Part shown: in pieces, positions 36,273 to 48,289 of the stretch
Numbering within the stretch: position 1 is the stretch's first letter
How the letters are laid out: each line of letters opens with the position of its first letter
NCBI GenBank assembly: GCA_030704615.1
Contig: CM060733.1
Span: 9,858,001 to 9,922,000 of the forward strand
Length of the DNA: 64,000 nt
From: Takakia lepidozioides
Lineage: Eukaryota > Plantae > Bryophyta
Reading direction: 5' to 3'
Notes under the pieces: generated by a model
What the model saw: the letters and a program-made list of their open reading frames with translations, nothing else
Database searches by the model: none
Told to the model about the DNA's origin: nothing
Translations under genes and position numbers: made by a program

Positions 36273-38026
36273 GAAAATGGCAATGATCTTCCCACCAAAT
36301 TCCGGCCGCTCTCTTTTGACGGCTGTTTGTTGTCCGATGTTGCGGTAGGCGTTTCCATGTACATGACTGTTCCTCTTTTGCGTGCGATGTTCATGATGTT
36401 GATGAAGCGTGTGCTTGAACATGAGAAGACTGTCTGGGCACTACAGCCACCATCGTGCATATGTTCCACTATTTTTGCCTTCTTGTTGTGCTTTCGGGAA
36501 CCTTCGTTTTATGGTTTGGTTCTATGTCATAAATATGGAAAATGCGGACATCTGTCGTCGATAACGTCCTCTGCTTGTGATCCGTCATCATACGTTTAGC
36601 CCCTTCATACTGCATCCCTCATGAGAGCCTTCACAAGTCTTAGTTCGTTAAAGGAACCCATGGGTAACATGGGCACGAAAATGGTGGAAGCGTATGCACA
36701 TGGGGGCGTGTATTGCAGATTTCGTATCGGACAATGGGACTGTTTATGTGACCAAGTATAGCAACTTGCATCCGTCGTGCATAAGTTGTGGAAAAGGGTG
36801 GAGAATCTGAAGAAACCCAGTTTTGTGATGGATCCACATGGTATTATATAAGGGATGGCAGCACAAAAAAGCAATTCGAGTCGTCAAGGAACACCATCCA
36901 GTCGTAAGGTCCTCAAACATCCACACGCACCTGCTGAATGCAGATGTCTGAGCCACGACGGGAGTAGGTGCAGAATCGGTACATTGTCGCATTTGCCAGG
37001 AGACGGACTAGGCTGAGACAATTGCATCTGCAAATGCGCGTGGATGTTTGAGGTCCGTTGTGTCGCGAGTCTGTTCATAGTGAATCGCTGACCCGTCAGT
37101 GCTCCGGATATTCCTCTTATCGCATGCATAACAGTCAGTTTGGAGGCAGTCTGCTGGAAGTCCGTCTGTTGGGATATCAGTCTGTCGTACTTGTGAATTT
37201 GTCAGTCTGTTGTGTCGGAAGTCTGTTGCACTAAGTCTGTTTGACTTCTTATTTTCCCTCCGGTCAGTCTTTTGGCTTGTTCTCCCGCCAGTCTGCCGAA
37301 ACGTCCGTCTGCTGGACAGTTCTCCTCTATGGATATTAGTCTGTTGGACTGTGCATGCATCAGTCTGTTGTGCCGCGAGTCTGTTCGCAATGGATGTGTT
37401 CGACTTTCCTGTTCTCCCCTTACTCTCTTTTGTCTTCATTCCGCTGGCAGGGAAGTGCCTCTAATATGAAGCCGCTTTGCCTCAGCAAAGCGAATAGTCC
37501 GCTGGACTGGCATTCCGGTGGACTCTCGGCCCGATGGGAAATGAGTTTGCTGCACTTGCGAGGACCGTGGATGAATTTAGTACGATGCGTTCGTTCGGTG
37601 GACGTATTCAATGCGATGACGGCGGATAGTTGGCGCCTGTGAAATCGCAGCACGTTGGCAGTGTCATGCCCGCTTTCCCCCTTCTACTTCTACTACTTCT
37701 TCTCATGTTCCCTGTGCGATCGACTCCATTATCTTCGCGCCTGTTTCTTCGCACTATTTTGCACTATTTTGTTTTCCTCTTTGCGTTTCCATCACCGTAA
37801 CGAAAGACGACCGTTCTTCCCCAGGTGTGAAGAGTCGCGGTGAGCCGCGAAGCGTCGCAAACACGCTCGCCTTCGTAACAACTCGAAGTTCATCGGCTCA
37901 GTGAGGTTCTCACTTGCTGCGGTGTTTCCATTCCATTCTGTGTCCTCTTCTTGCTTAGGGTGAGTCTTTTCATAGGACTTCTATCTGTCGCTCATTATCC
38001 TTGCACCTTCGTTTCATTCTGCAGCG

Positions 38027-41000
38027 ATGGAGGATGCTTGTGAAAAGGGTGGAGTGGACTGGGTGGATTTTGTGCACCAAACCAGACTGAAGAAGGAGCG
38101 AAGGTACTGGTACTCACCAGACGAGTTTGATCATAAAATAGTGGAAGCATTTGTAGACCTCCGCGCCCGGAAGCCCAAAAACTCGAATTGGCAGAAGGAC
38201 AAGCTCTTCTGTCCCTTCTGTGAAGAGGTTATCAAGGACAAAATCCAACTAAATCGGCATTGTGTTGACACGGGTTGCAAGGAGACTGTTGCAATGATTC
38301 CACGGGATTTCAAGCCTTGGCCGATACTGAAAGAAATGTCGATTGTCAAAGAGGCCACAATGCGCTTGCGCGGATCAGTGCTTGACCCCCGCACTTTGGA
38401 ATTAGACGAAGTGCGCGCACGGTATGGCGTCCATTGTGGTGGCCCGTCAATGGAGAATTTGCAAGTGCAGGGAACGCCGGACGCTCCCAGAAAACGTAAA
38501 CTGAGTGATGGGGCCCAAAAGAAGGAGAGGCAAAAAAAGGAGAAGGCTGCAAGGTCTGCTCGCGAGGCAAGGGCAAAATCCACGCAACAGACTGAACCCC
38601 GTCCAGGGCGGCAGACCCACACTATCAGTACTGATACTGAAAGTGAATCTGCTCAGGGCCTGGAAGGGGTGACAAGTCCAGTGGACATTGACTTGCCTGA
38701 CTAGACTCGGCAGCAGACTCACACAAATATCGCGACCCATGCCATCGGTTTAGGGTCAAAACCAAAAACTCAACAGTGTACTGAAGGGCCAGTCTGCCCT
38801 GGCACATTGCGCCTCGTTGACTTTGGGCTTTTCCCACCTGAGTGCCCACCAATTGGGGATCCAAACTTCTTCCGTTATTTCTACAGAGTTGCCCAGTCAG
38901 GTCTGCTACGCACATTCATCCGACAGGCGGAACAGAACTGGTTGAACAGCTTTGAAGATGAAGATGACGATGATAAAGTAGAGGAGGTAATGGTCAGTCT
39001 GACCGCCCAGTCTGTTCTCTGTGCTGTTTGAGTCCATCATCGGGGGGTCACGTTGCCTATTTAGTTTGGTCAGTCCGCTGCGTTCTCTCCTCAGTCCGCT
39101 GGCTCACTCCGCTCGTCAGTTAGTCTGTTTTATATCGCTGCATTACTTACTGAGTCCGTTTGTCAGTCCGCTGGTCCAGTCCACTGGTATAGTCTACTAG
39201 TTGCCTCCACCCTACGTACGCACATTACAGTCTGCTGGTCTGTGAGTCCAGTCCGCTGCATGAGGTGAATATAGAGTCCACGTCCATGTTCCTAACGTCC
39301 AAGTTCTCTGCCGTGTACCAGGATAAACGTGTTTCTATTCGTAGGGTCATTCAGGCTTGGCGGATACCTAGCAATGATGCTCCTTTACAAGTGACTGCAG
39401 TGCGTGCGGAAGTGGACCGCGTGCGAGAGTACATATTATTGAAGTATCATGGGTCATCTGCTGCTATAGCGGCATTACATATTCAAGACGCGTCGGGGGG
39501 GAATGCGTTTGGGACAGCCGAGTCTGCCATCCAGCAAACTCCCATTCAGCATGCCGTCATCCAGCAGACTCCCGTTCAGCAGCCTGTCATCCAACAGACT
39601 CCCAACGAGCAGCCTGTCATCCTGCAGACTCCTCTCCAAGAGCCCATCATGCAGCCCATGCCAATGGGAAGTCCTGTCATCCAACAGACTGCGGACCAGC
39701 AGACTGCCTTTCTCTCACATAACACGGCGTTTTTTGCAGTTTGGCGATCGTCATCACCGGTAATTCGACCCGGAGCTGAAGACCTCACACTTCCCCGGCT
39801 TAGGGTGAGAGAAATTATGCGCTCCACCGGATTGTTGCGGACCGCCGGTGGTCATTTGTACCCTTTCATTATTCCATGGAGTTTTCTATTGAGGAAACCA
39901 ACCATGTTCTAGAAGCCGTCTCTGCTGTTGCCATTGAAGCCACAAGCGACCAAAATGCGCCGCCTCTACTTGTGGAGCTGATTCTCATGGATGACCCACA
40001 GCCTGAAGACCTCAGACATATGCCTATGGCACATCCAACCTTTGGGGTGCGAAGAAAGCACTTGTTCGGATTGACTGAGGAGGACTTTGAGCGCATGGCA
40101 GCTTCCTTCCTACAACACAGATGGATGCAATTTGACAATTTCCGCTCATACAACAAGTTGATGAAGGATCTGCATAGTTTGAGGATGGACTTACTCCATG
40201 GAACAGACCATTCATAGAAGTTTGTGGTGGATGACGCATTGCACTGGTTTGCATTGGTGATGGAGCGAGCAGTACGACATTGTTTTGCAGAATCCCAATG
40301 TCTTCAAAGTCCTGTGGTGTGGGATCCCAACTGAAGACTGCATCGGCGCCATTGCTCATCTCGATGGAGCATGCCTGTGCCGGCAAATCAAGGACATTGG
40401 CCTCGTCGGAAATCTCTTGGAAGGTAAAATGTTATGGGCAACTTTCGTGTTTCAGCTCAATTTCTTTTGCCAACTTTTTTACAAGTTCACATTTGCATTG
40501 ATCTGGGATACAAGCAAGTGCAGGCTACTTTCGACTCTTTTGCCAGAGGTGCAAGGGACCTTGTCCTGGCTTTACAAGGAGTTCGGGAGACTGTCCAGCA
40601 GACTGGCCACAAGAATGTCGAACAATATATTCCCCACGACACATGTGGGCAGACTGCCCAAGTCATGGAGACCGAGCATGTGCACCAAACCGTCCCGGGT
40701 AATAGGCCGGATCACTCCCAGCAGACTGCCCCGCACACACATACTCAGTATGTGCAAACAGTACTGAGCGGGCAGCGAACTTTGCAGACTTTGCAGCAGA
40801 CCGGAAAACAGACCGGCCAACAAACTGTCCCTCAGCCGACTGTGCAGCAGACCAGCGAACATGGCCACTAGACTGCCCCTTAGCAGACTGTACAGTAGAC
40901 TGTACAGTAGACCGTGCAGCAGACCGACGAATCGAGCCAGCAGATTGCCCCTCAGCAGACTGTGCAGCACACTGGCGAACCCACTCAGCAGATGGCCGAG

Positions 41001-43653
41001 CAGACTATCCAGGAGACTAACAGCCAGTCTGTTCCCTGGATTGTGCAACAGACTCGGATGCACTGGCCTCACCGGGACCCTGTGGACGAATTTCTGCTGA
41101 GTTCCCAACAACATGTTTTTGGATCTGCCAGTATGAGTGTTTTGACCGAGTCCACTTTTCCCCCAGGCACATTCACTAACGACGTCATCAGATCACCGGT
41201 AAAGCATTCTTATCCAGCTCCCCGTGGCCTGCCTTCTATGACCTTCCAGCTTAGTCCCGTTTTCGTGCGCTCAGTGGAGAAAGCGAAAGCCATAGATGAG
41301 TCTTACGTGATGACCGAACTCAATCTGGGAACGCAAAACCGTATCATAGATCTTACAGAAGAGTCTGAGGAAGCAATTGTCGGTGGGTCTTCCATACATG
41401 TTCTTGATGTTTCCTAAGTCCATGGAGATCCAAACACCCAGCCGGCTGTCCACCAGACTGACTAGCACACTGAACAGTGGACACATGGAAGGACTGCCGA
41501 ACAACCTATGGCGGGGCAGCATACTGTCTTCATTGATGAGCAGACTGAACCGCAGACTAACTAGTAGACTGCACAGGTCACAGATGGAAGGACTGACCAG
41601 GATGGCTCGGAGCGGCAGACTGCTCAGCTCAGCTCTGACTGCACAGTTCAGACTGCATGGCCTGACCAGCACACTGCACACTTCACAGAAGGAAGGACTG
41701 ACGACCAACCTGCCACCGAGCACATTGCCCACATTGAGGAAGAGACTGAACCGCAAAGTTGCCAGCAGACTGCACAGTTCACAGACGAAAGGACTGACGA
41801 AGAACCGGCGGCCGAGCAGACTGCCCACATTGAGCAACAAACTGAACATGCTGGCAGGCACACTGACAAGGAACCACATGCAGCGCAAACACCGTCTGGT
41901 ATAGCGCTGGATTACATTGAGTCTGCTCCCTCACCCCTTGGGCAGGTTGTGTCATTTCTTCTTTCAGGACTGTTGTTTATGTTTTAGTACATTGTGAAAT
42001 TGGGCTAATTCGTCATTTTGCTCGGTATCCTCACAGGATGTTCGTCCCTCCGTCGGCATACTGTCTACTTCTGAGGACATGACATCTTCCGCCCATGTTG
42101 CAAACGTGGTATCGACAACCAAGAAAGGTGTGGGGGTGAGCACGCCCCCCGATGCACGGGTCAGTTCTACGCATGCGACCCACAAAGCTGTAAAGACAAG
42201 TCCAGCAAGTGTAAACAAACCTGCTGACCAGCCTCTGTTGCGAAGTAGGGCGGCAACGCTGCGTTTGTCTGCTCTATCAAGCCCGCCTACAGCTGTCCCT
42301 GCTTCCCAGGGGAGAGGCAAAGCCAAAAAGCGGACTGTCGTGGACCATGCTGAGGAGGTCGAGGAGGGTCTGAGTACCAAGAGACCGGCGAAGAAAAAGT
42401 CTGGCGTCTTTATGAACAAGAACTACAAATTGGCCTTGAACATGGACAAAGATGTGGGTCGTTTCCTGGAGTAGCACAGGTGAGTACTGTGCTCAGTCTC
42501 ATCGTCTGTCTTTGTCGTTAAGTGCTTTGCGCTCTGTTGTGGTCAGTCTGCACGCTGGTCAGTCTGCTGCTGGTTTCATCATTGTCTGTTGTGGTTAGTC
42601 TTGTTAGTCTGATGAATTGTTCAGCCTGTAGAGTGTTTGGTACCATATTGACGTCAGTCTGTTTAGTACATGAGGCTTCCCGAAGGATGGTCTGCTCTGT
42701 GCAGGATGGGTGCTCGGTTTGGCAAAGCACATGCTCTGCACGTGAAGGCGGGTAATTCCATGCTGATGTTTTTTGAAGGGGACCCACGGTTTGGACTGTC
42801 GCCGGATGACATAAAGGCGCTCTAGAAGGTTGAGTCGGAGTGCACAGATAGATTCCTAGAGCTGTGGTGTCGATTCTATGAGAAGTCGGTTGAGGCTGCG
42901 TTCACCAACACTATTGCTGTTCTTCCAACGTCGAAGTGGACGGTGTTGAAGTCATTGGGGGTGGGGCAACATGAAAGCCTTCTGGAGGTCTTGAAAGATT
43001 GCCTCAGCACTGAATAACTGGGCAAGGACTTGAAAGAGTGCGATTTCATTTTGGTGCCAATTGGGGACGAGTAAGAACTCTTCCGAGTCTGCTGAGACTG
43101 TCTCCTGAGTCATAGTCTGGTTTCGCAGTGTCATCTTGACTCTGAGCGATTAAGTTGCCCTCTGTATTTGTGCAGTGGACTGGGTTTGAAAATTGAGTCT
43201 GCTGAGTGCTGAGTCTGCTGAGTGGTCGGTCTGCTGAGTGTCGGTCTGCTGAGTGTTAGTCTGCTGAGTCTGCCCATCATGATTGTGCAATGACGCCATG
43301 TTGTTTGATACCATTGCAGGGGGCACTGGAGTGTTTGTATCATCGACCTCCGCAAGGGCTGTTACACTCACCTGAACTCTATCAGGGACTCGCATAAATG
43401 TCCATTTGTTCTAGGGTGGATTCGGAAGCTTCATGCTGAGTGCTTAGGGTACTCGATGGACTCACCAGAGTGACATGAGATTGTCCAAGCATTTCAGTTC
43501 CACGCGCCTGATGTGCCCCAGCAACCATTCAGCTGGGAGTGTGGCTTTTACGTCATGTCATTCATTCAAGTGTTTTATGAGTGGGTAAAAGTCAGAGCAA
43601 ATGTCTCCAAGACTGCAAAGCCAGAGAGAGGAACACCTTTCACAAAGAACTGA
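38027..43653 (+). pseudogene. MULE accessory gene(s): Zn-finger-like N-terminus, basic NLS-like patch, Gln/Thr-rich repeats, C-terminal Ulp1-like (peptidase C48) domain; multi-exon, with premature stops
   Basis: CPFC-x12-H-x5-C; PRKRK; QQTP repeats; ECDFILVPIGDE|GHWSVCIIDL..THLNS..VPQQPFSWECGFYVMSF at ~42705-43070 and ~43320-43653. Confidence 0.75.
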
Positions 43654-44380
43654 TTTACTTTCAAGTTTGCACTTGGGCAGCGAATGCAGTGTGCCCAATA
43701 TATCGTGCGGGGGTTGGACAATGTAGAGAAACTACTCTCATGAATATGATGTACTTGTCATGTGAAGTCTATGTACCGAAATAAAAATTGCGAGTCTTTT
43801 CGCTTACTATTCCAGTGGTGATGAGCACTTTTGTGTACTGTGGGTGCTGGCATGTTTTGTAATGTTGTCACTAAACTCAATGGACACAATGGTGTCAATT
43901 TTTCCATGCACTATGCACCCGAGTCTGTTGAGCTTGAATGTGCGAGCAGTACGCTGCCGAGGCTAGGACTGGTGGGTCTGGTACCTAGTCTGGTAGGCAC
44001 CATGTCCATGAGTTCGCTGGGACGCTGGATTGGCATGAGTCGTTAGGGAGGTAGTCCACTGGAGCCTGTCCATTTTGAGTCTGCTGTTGTGGATGAGTCT
44101 GCTTGAGACTTAGTCTGTCCAGCAGTCTGCTGGAAGAGTTGCAGGGATGAGGTGGAAGTGTGGTGAGCAGACTTTTGGAGTGGGCAGCAGACTGACCAGC
44201 AGACTGACTTACTGGCGCTCGCAGTCTGTTGACTGTGACTCTGTTGGGAGACTGCGTGAGTCCGTTGGGAGACTATGCTTGGGAGACTGTGTGGGAGTCA
44301 GTTGGGAGACTGGAGGAGTCCGTTGGGAGACTGCATTAGTCCATTGCGGACTTGTATTTCAGAAAGGGACAATGCTACCA

Positions 44381-44580
44381 GAGGAATTGCAGACTTATAT
44401 TGTCTTCTTCGTGACACCTACATGTCGTGAAACCTTGTCTCTTTTCGAGGAATTGCAGACTTATATTGTCTTCTCCGTGACACCTACACGACATGAAACC
44501 TTGTCTCTTTTTGAGGCATTGCAGACTTATATTGTCTTCTTCGTGACATCTACATGACCTGAAACCTTGTGAATTTTCGA
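44381..44580 (+). repeat. Three 66-bp tandem repeats
   Basis: Units start at 44381, 44447 and 44513 (gagg(a/c)attgcagacttatattgtc...). Confidence 0.9.
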
Positions 44581-47500
44581 GTATATATGTGCTGCAGGTG
44601 TAGGTGCAGACACCCTCTTGCTGGTTCTCCGCAAAAGCCTAGGCCGGGTTTTCCAGGCCTCCACGAAATCTCGTCTCCTTTTCAGAGACATGTTGTTGTT
44701 GTCGTTCAGAGGACGGAAAGCCTTCGCTGCCGCAGGGTGCAACATTCCAGCTGCACTTTTCGCCAGGATATCAACGAGCTGCCCTCTGCATATATGAAGA
44801 GCAGATCGGGCATGTGCCACCAGGTATTTGTCATCACCTACAATGCGAAGTATGTCCGCAAATTCTTGTTCCATTGAGGCTGAGACCTCCAGAGGTGCCT
44901 CGTCGTAGGGGAAGTCATCCGGAGGATGTCTTTCCATGAACTGATTGGATTCATCGTTGCGGCCGGCACCATTGCCCAAGAGCAAGTTAGGTAATCCTCC
45001 ATGAATGGTTCCCAGCACCGTGCCACAAGCGCGCACAAGGAGGCCATCCTGTAGGTCAGGGTGAAGCATCTTCAGGACACGGACTTGATGCTTGTATAAG
45101 TTTCCCTTCATTGCCCATGGGTACGTGCAACAACCCCAATCGCAATCAGGATTGTAAACAATGTATGTTGTGCCGGGGTGGTTGCTGCTGAGAACGTAGG
45201 CTGGTTCACCAGGACCCAAGGGAAGAGTAACACTTTCAGCAGGAATGTCTCGTGCCGCAAGTATAGAACTGGATATGTACTTTTTGTGTTTGTCATTTCT
45301 TATGAACCCGTGGGTCTTCAAATGGATTGCGTACCAGTAGTGTGTTAGCACACGGCCAGTGAATTCCCATATAAGCCAGTCCACTCTACGACCACTCATC
45401 TTGCTTTTCCCCATGGCAAGTCTTGCCTTCAGATTTCCATGGTATGCCTCAATGCTTACGTTTGTGTCTTGGCTCGCATGAGGGACATGGCGGGCTGTTG
45501 TACACCACATTGTTATTTTGGGCTTCCGGTACTGTTTGATATAGTCAAGAAATTCATGTCCTTTCGGGTATTTTGACCTCATACGACGGATTCTCCTTGC
45601 CACCCACCGAAGCGCTCTTTTCTCGTTGCGTGGTCCCCTCTATAGTACATGAGGTCTCCCATATCCTTCAACAAGTTTACAGCGGTCACCGGATCCTTTG
45701 TTTTCTTGCATGATTGCTTCACCCATGCCTTGCGGACATGCCAAAGGCAGAGGAAAATGAGTACTCCTTCAAAAACAATTCTGCACAACACACATGATAT
45801 ACATTAGAGTCTTAGGATCGGACTGCAATGGTGGACTGCCAGAGTGGACTGTAACAGCGACCTGTATCAGCGGGCAGAGCCACTGGACTCGCCCAGTGGA
45901 CAGTACAATGCCATGACGTTGATGTACTGGAATAACCCCATTGGACTACCCAGTGGACTTCCCCATTGGACTTCCCCTAGCTAGGACTGGGGCAGCGGAC
46001 TGCCCCATTGGACTGCCACAGCGGACTACCGAGCGGACTTGCCAAGGATTGCCGAGTGGACTTGGCAGCGGACTTGCCAGGGGACTGATGAGCGGACTTG
46101 ACAGCGGACTACCAGTGGATTTGCCCAGCGAACTGCCATCGGGTTTCGCCACAGGAGTCTGCCAGTGGACTGTAGCAATGGACTGCTGCAGTGGACCGGT
46201 GCAGTGGACCAACAGACTTACCGAATAACGTTGATTTCTGCTTCGGCATCGTCCACAATGAAGGCATTGGGTCGCCAGCTCGGCAAATCTGCGAGGAGTG
46301 AATCGCGCAAGGCTCTCATCCACGGAACCAGGTCTCTTGTCCGATTCCTCACGGATAGGATATAGACAACTGGTATACCGTTCAACCACTCGTCGAAGAC
46401 CATCAACGTGTACAATGGGAACTGTTGGAATGCACAATGTAAGATGGTCAGAGCATGCAAATTCCGCTCAGTTCTGCACGAGAAGACTTCATAAGAGTGA
46501 TGAGGTCTGCAACGGTTCACAATGGGTCTGCCCCTTGGTCTTCCGCAACGTACACATGAAAACATACAGAAAGGGTCAGCACACCAAATTTTATGTGAAT
46601 GTTGCATGGTACTATGCTATCATGCTCGTACAAGTCCATGGAATCGTTCGAATAGTACTTTGTCATGATTTGTCTCAAAGGTTGCATCACATGCAACGAT
46701 ACGGTCATGTCCTAGTTCCAGCATTCGTCGTTTCTGCCACGGAGTCTGTATGCCAATAGTGAATGTCAAATCTCCATCAAAATGCTCGAATGTTGGCTCT
46801 AATTTCTCCTCTTGATAGAAAAAAACAGACGCAAGATTCTGGTCTCTCCACATGCGCACACTCTCTACATCATCGGCGTGCTTTTTGAAGGTTTGCCACG
46901 CACGTTTCTCGGCAAGGTTGCGAACATCTTGCTCCAACAAGAAATCATCGCGGGGTCCATGCATCGCCCAAGCCGGTGTTGTTCATCACGTGTTCTTTAT
47001 GCTCCATCATGATTTGGGCGACCGACAGACCTCGGCACAAACACTCGACGACCCAGGCTTTTAATTCCTCGCTAATGTGTGGTGCATAGGCGTGGTGGGT
47101 GTTCCTGAACTCTGCGGACTTCCCATGCGAGGGTTTCCCTTGCGCATCTGTATGCTCCATGTTGTTGTAGTACGTGAGGACACAGATGTCAGGGGCGAGA
47201 TAACATTGCTGGACCTTGAAACAGCATTGGCAACCACGTTTGTAAGACTCTCCATACTCCGACTTCTTTCTCCTTGGGCCTTTATGAGGGCAAGATGTTC
47301 TAGCACCCACAAGAGGTCCTCCACGCTTCTGTTTTGGATCCTCTACTATTGCCTTGTTGGTGCGCTTGTCATCAGGACCGTAGCAGCATTGAGACCTGGA
47401 CAGAAAATTCTAAAATCGATATCCAATGACTTGAGGAAGCATAAAATCAGAGAACTCGTGAAACAAAAAATGGCAACAGACATGCAATGAAATGTTAAAA

Positions 47501-47843
47501 GGACTGAGGATGGTGCACACATAATACTGGATAGAAATGTGTTGGTTCTGGGTGCTTTTCGCGAGCCGGGTTCCACTTTAGAATGGACATTCACCCAAAA
47601 TTGAGTGGGGTAGTCCTCCAAACTCTCCTTTCCCAGGACGAAGTCACCAACTCTATCCCAAGGTATGCAGGCCTTTTCAACATTCACTCGCACACCCATA
47701 AACCTATATTGCGTCTCACTCTTCCAATGGAGATCCTTCCTGTTGAAGGGTCTTGGTTTTGCTGTTTGCAAACATTGTCGAAGAGGCCGTATAAGCGGAC
47801 TTTCCGTGATCAGTATATCATCGGGTTTTGCTTCCACGTCCAT
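44527..47843 (-). pseudogene. MULE DDE transposase with an N-terminal WRKY/GCM1-like Zn motif and a C-terminal SWIM finger; multi-exon, with frameshifts
   Basis: KRGCQCCF...HT...H; ACDATF (D1), FIVDDAEAE (D2), LCLWHVRKAW (CxxH), TNVSIEAYH (E); degenerate SWIM CCTYPW...LYKHQ. Confidence 0.9.
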
Positions 47844-47986
47844 GCTCTATACAGTACAAAGGACAAGCTTCTGAACATGCAAGAAACGCGCCGCAGTACA
47901 GGACACGATCGACAACGTGCCAGGAGAACAGTGCGCACGTTCGCGGCTGCTGGCAAGTGGCAGGCGGCATGGATGCAGGTTTGAAT

Positions 47987-48289
47987 TGCAGCCCTAAAAA
48001 TGGAGGGCTCGGATGGGTTATGGGAATGGACGGTGGCGATCCTGTGCCGTCAATGGACTGGATGGCAGGGGACTGGCTAGTGGACTGGCGGGCAGACTGG
48101 CGGACTGGCAGACTGGAGGGCAGCGGACTCATGGGCGGAGGACTGGCCGCGCGGTTGCTGCAGCCGCGCCCGCGGCTGGGCGACCGCGCGCAGGGGCGGG
48201 CGGGGCGCTGGGGGCCGGGCGTCCGTGCACGGCCCACCGGCCACATCGCACGTGCCCATTGAAGACCCTATTATCTTAAAATGAGAGGC
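47987..48289 (-). repeat. Right TIR of the MULE
   Basis: Inverted homolog of 35864-36272. Confidence 0.92.

Larger units (their letters stand above)
35864..48289. mobile_element. Mutator-like element (MULE), 12,426 bp, autonomous-type but decayed
   Basis: Perfect 9-bp TSD TGTCCGAAT at 35855-35863 and 48290-48298; long TIRs starting GCCTCTCATTTTAAGATAATAGGG; internal transposase. Confidence 0.97.

Noticed and set aside
44381-44580. CRISPR-like array
   Set aside because: Contiguous 66-bp tandem units with no unique spacers, eukaryotic context, no cas genes
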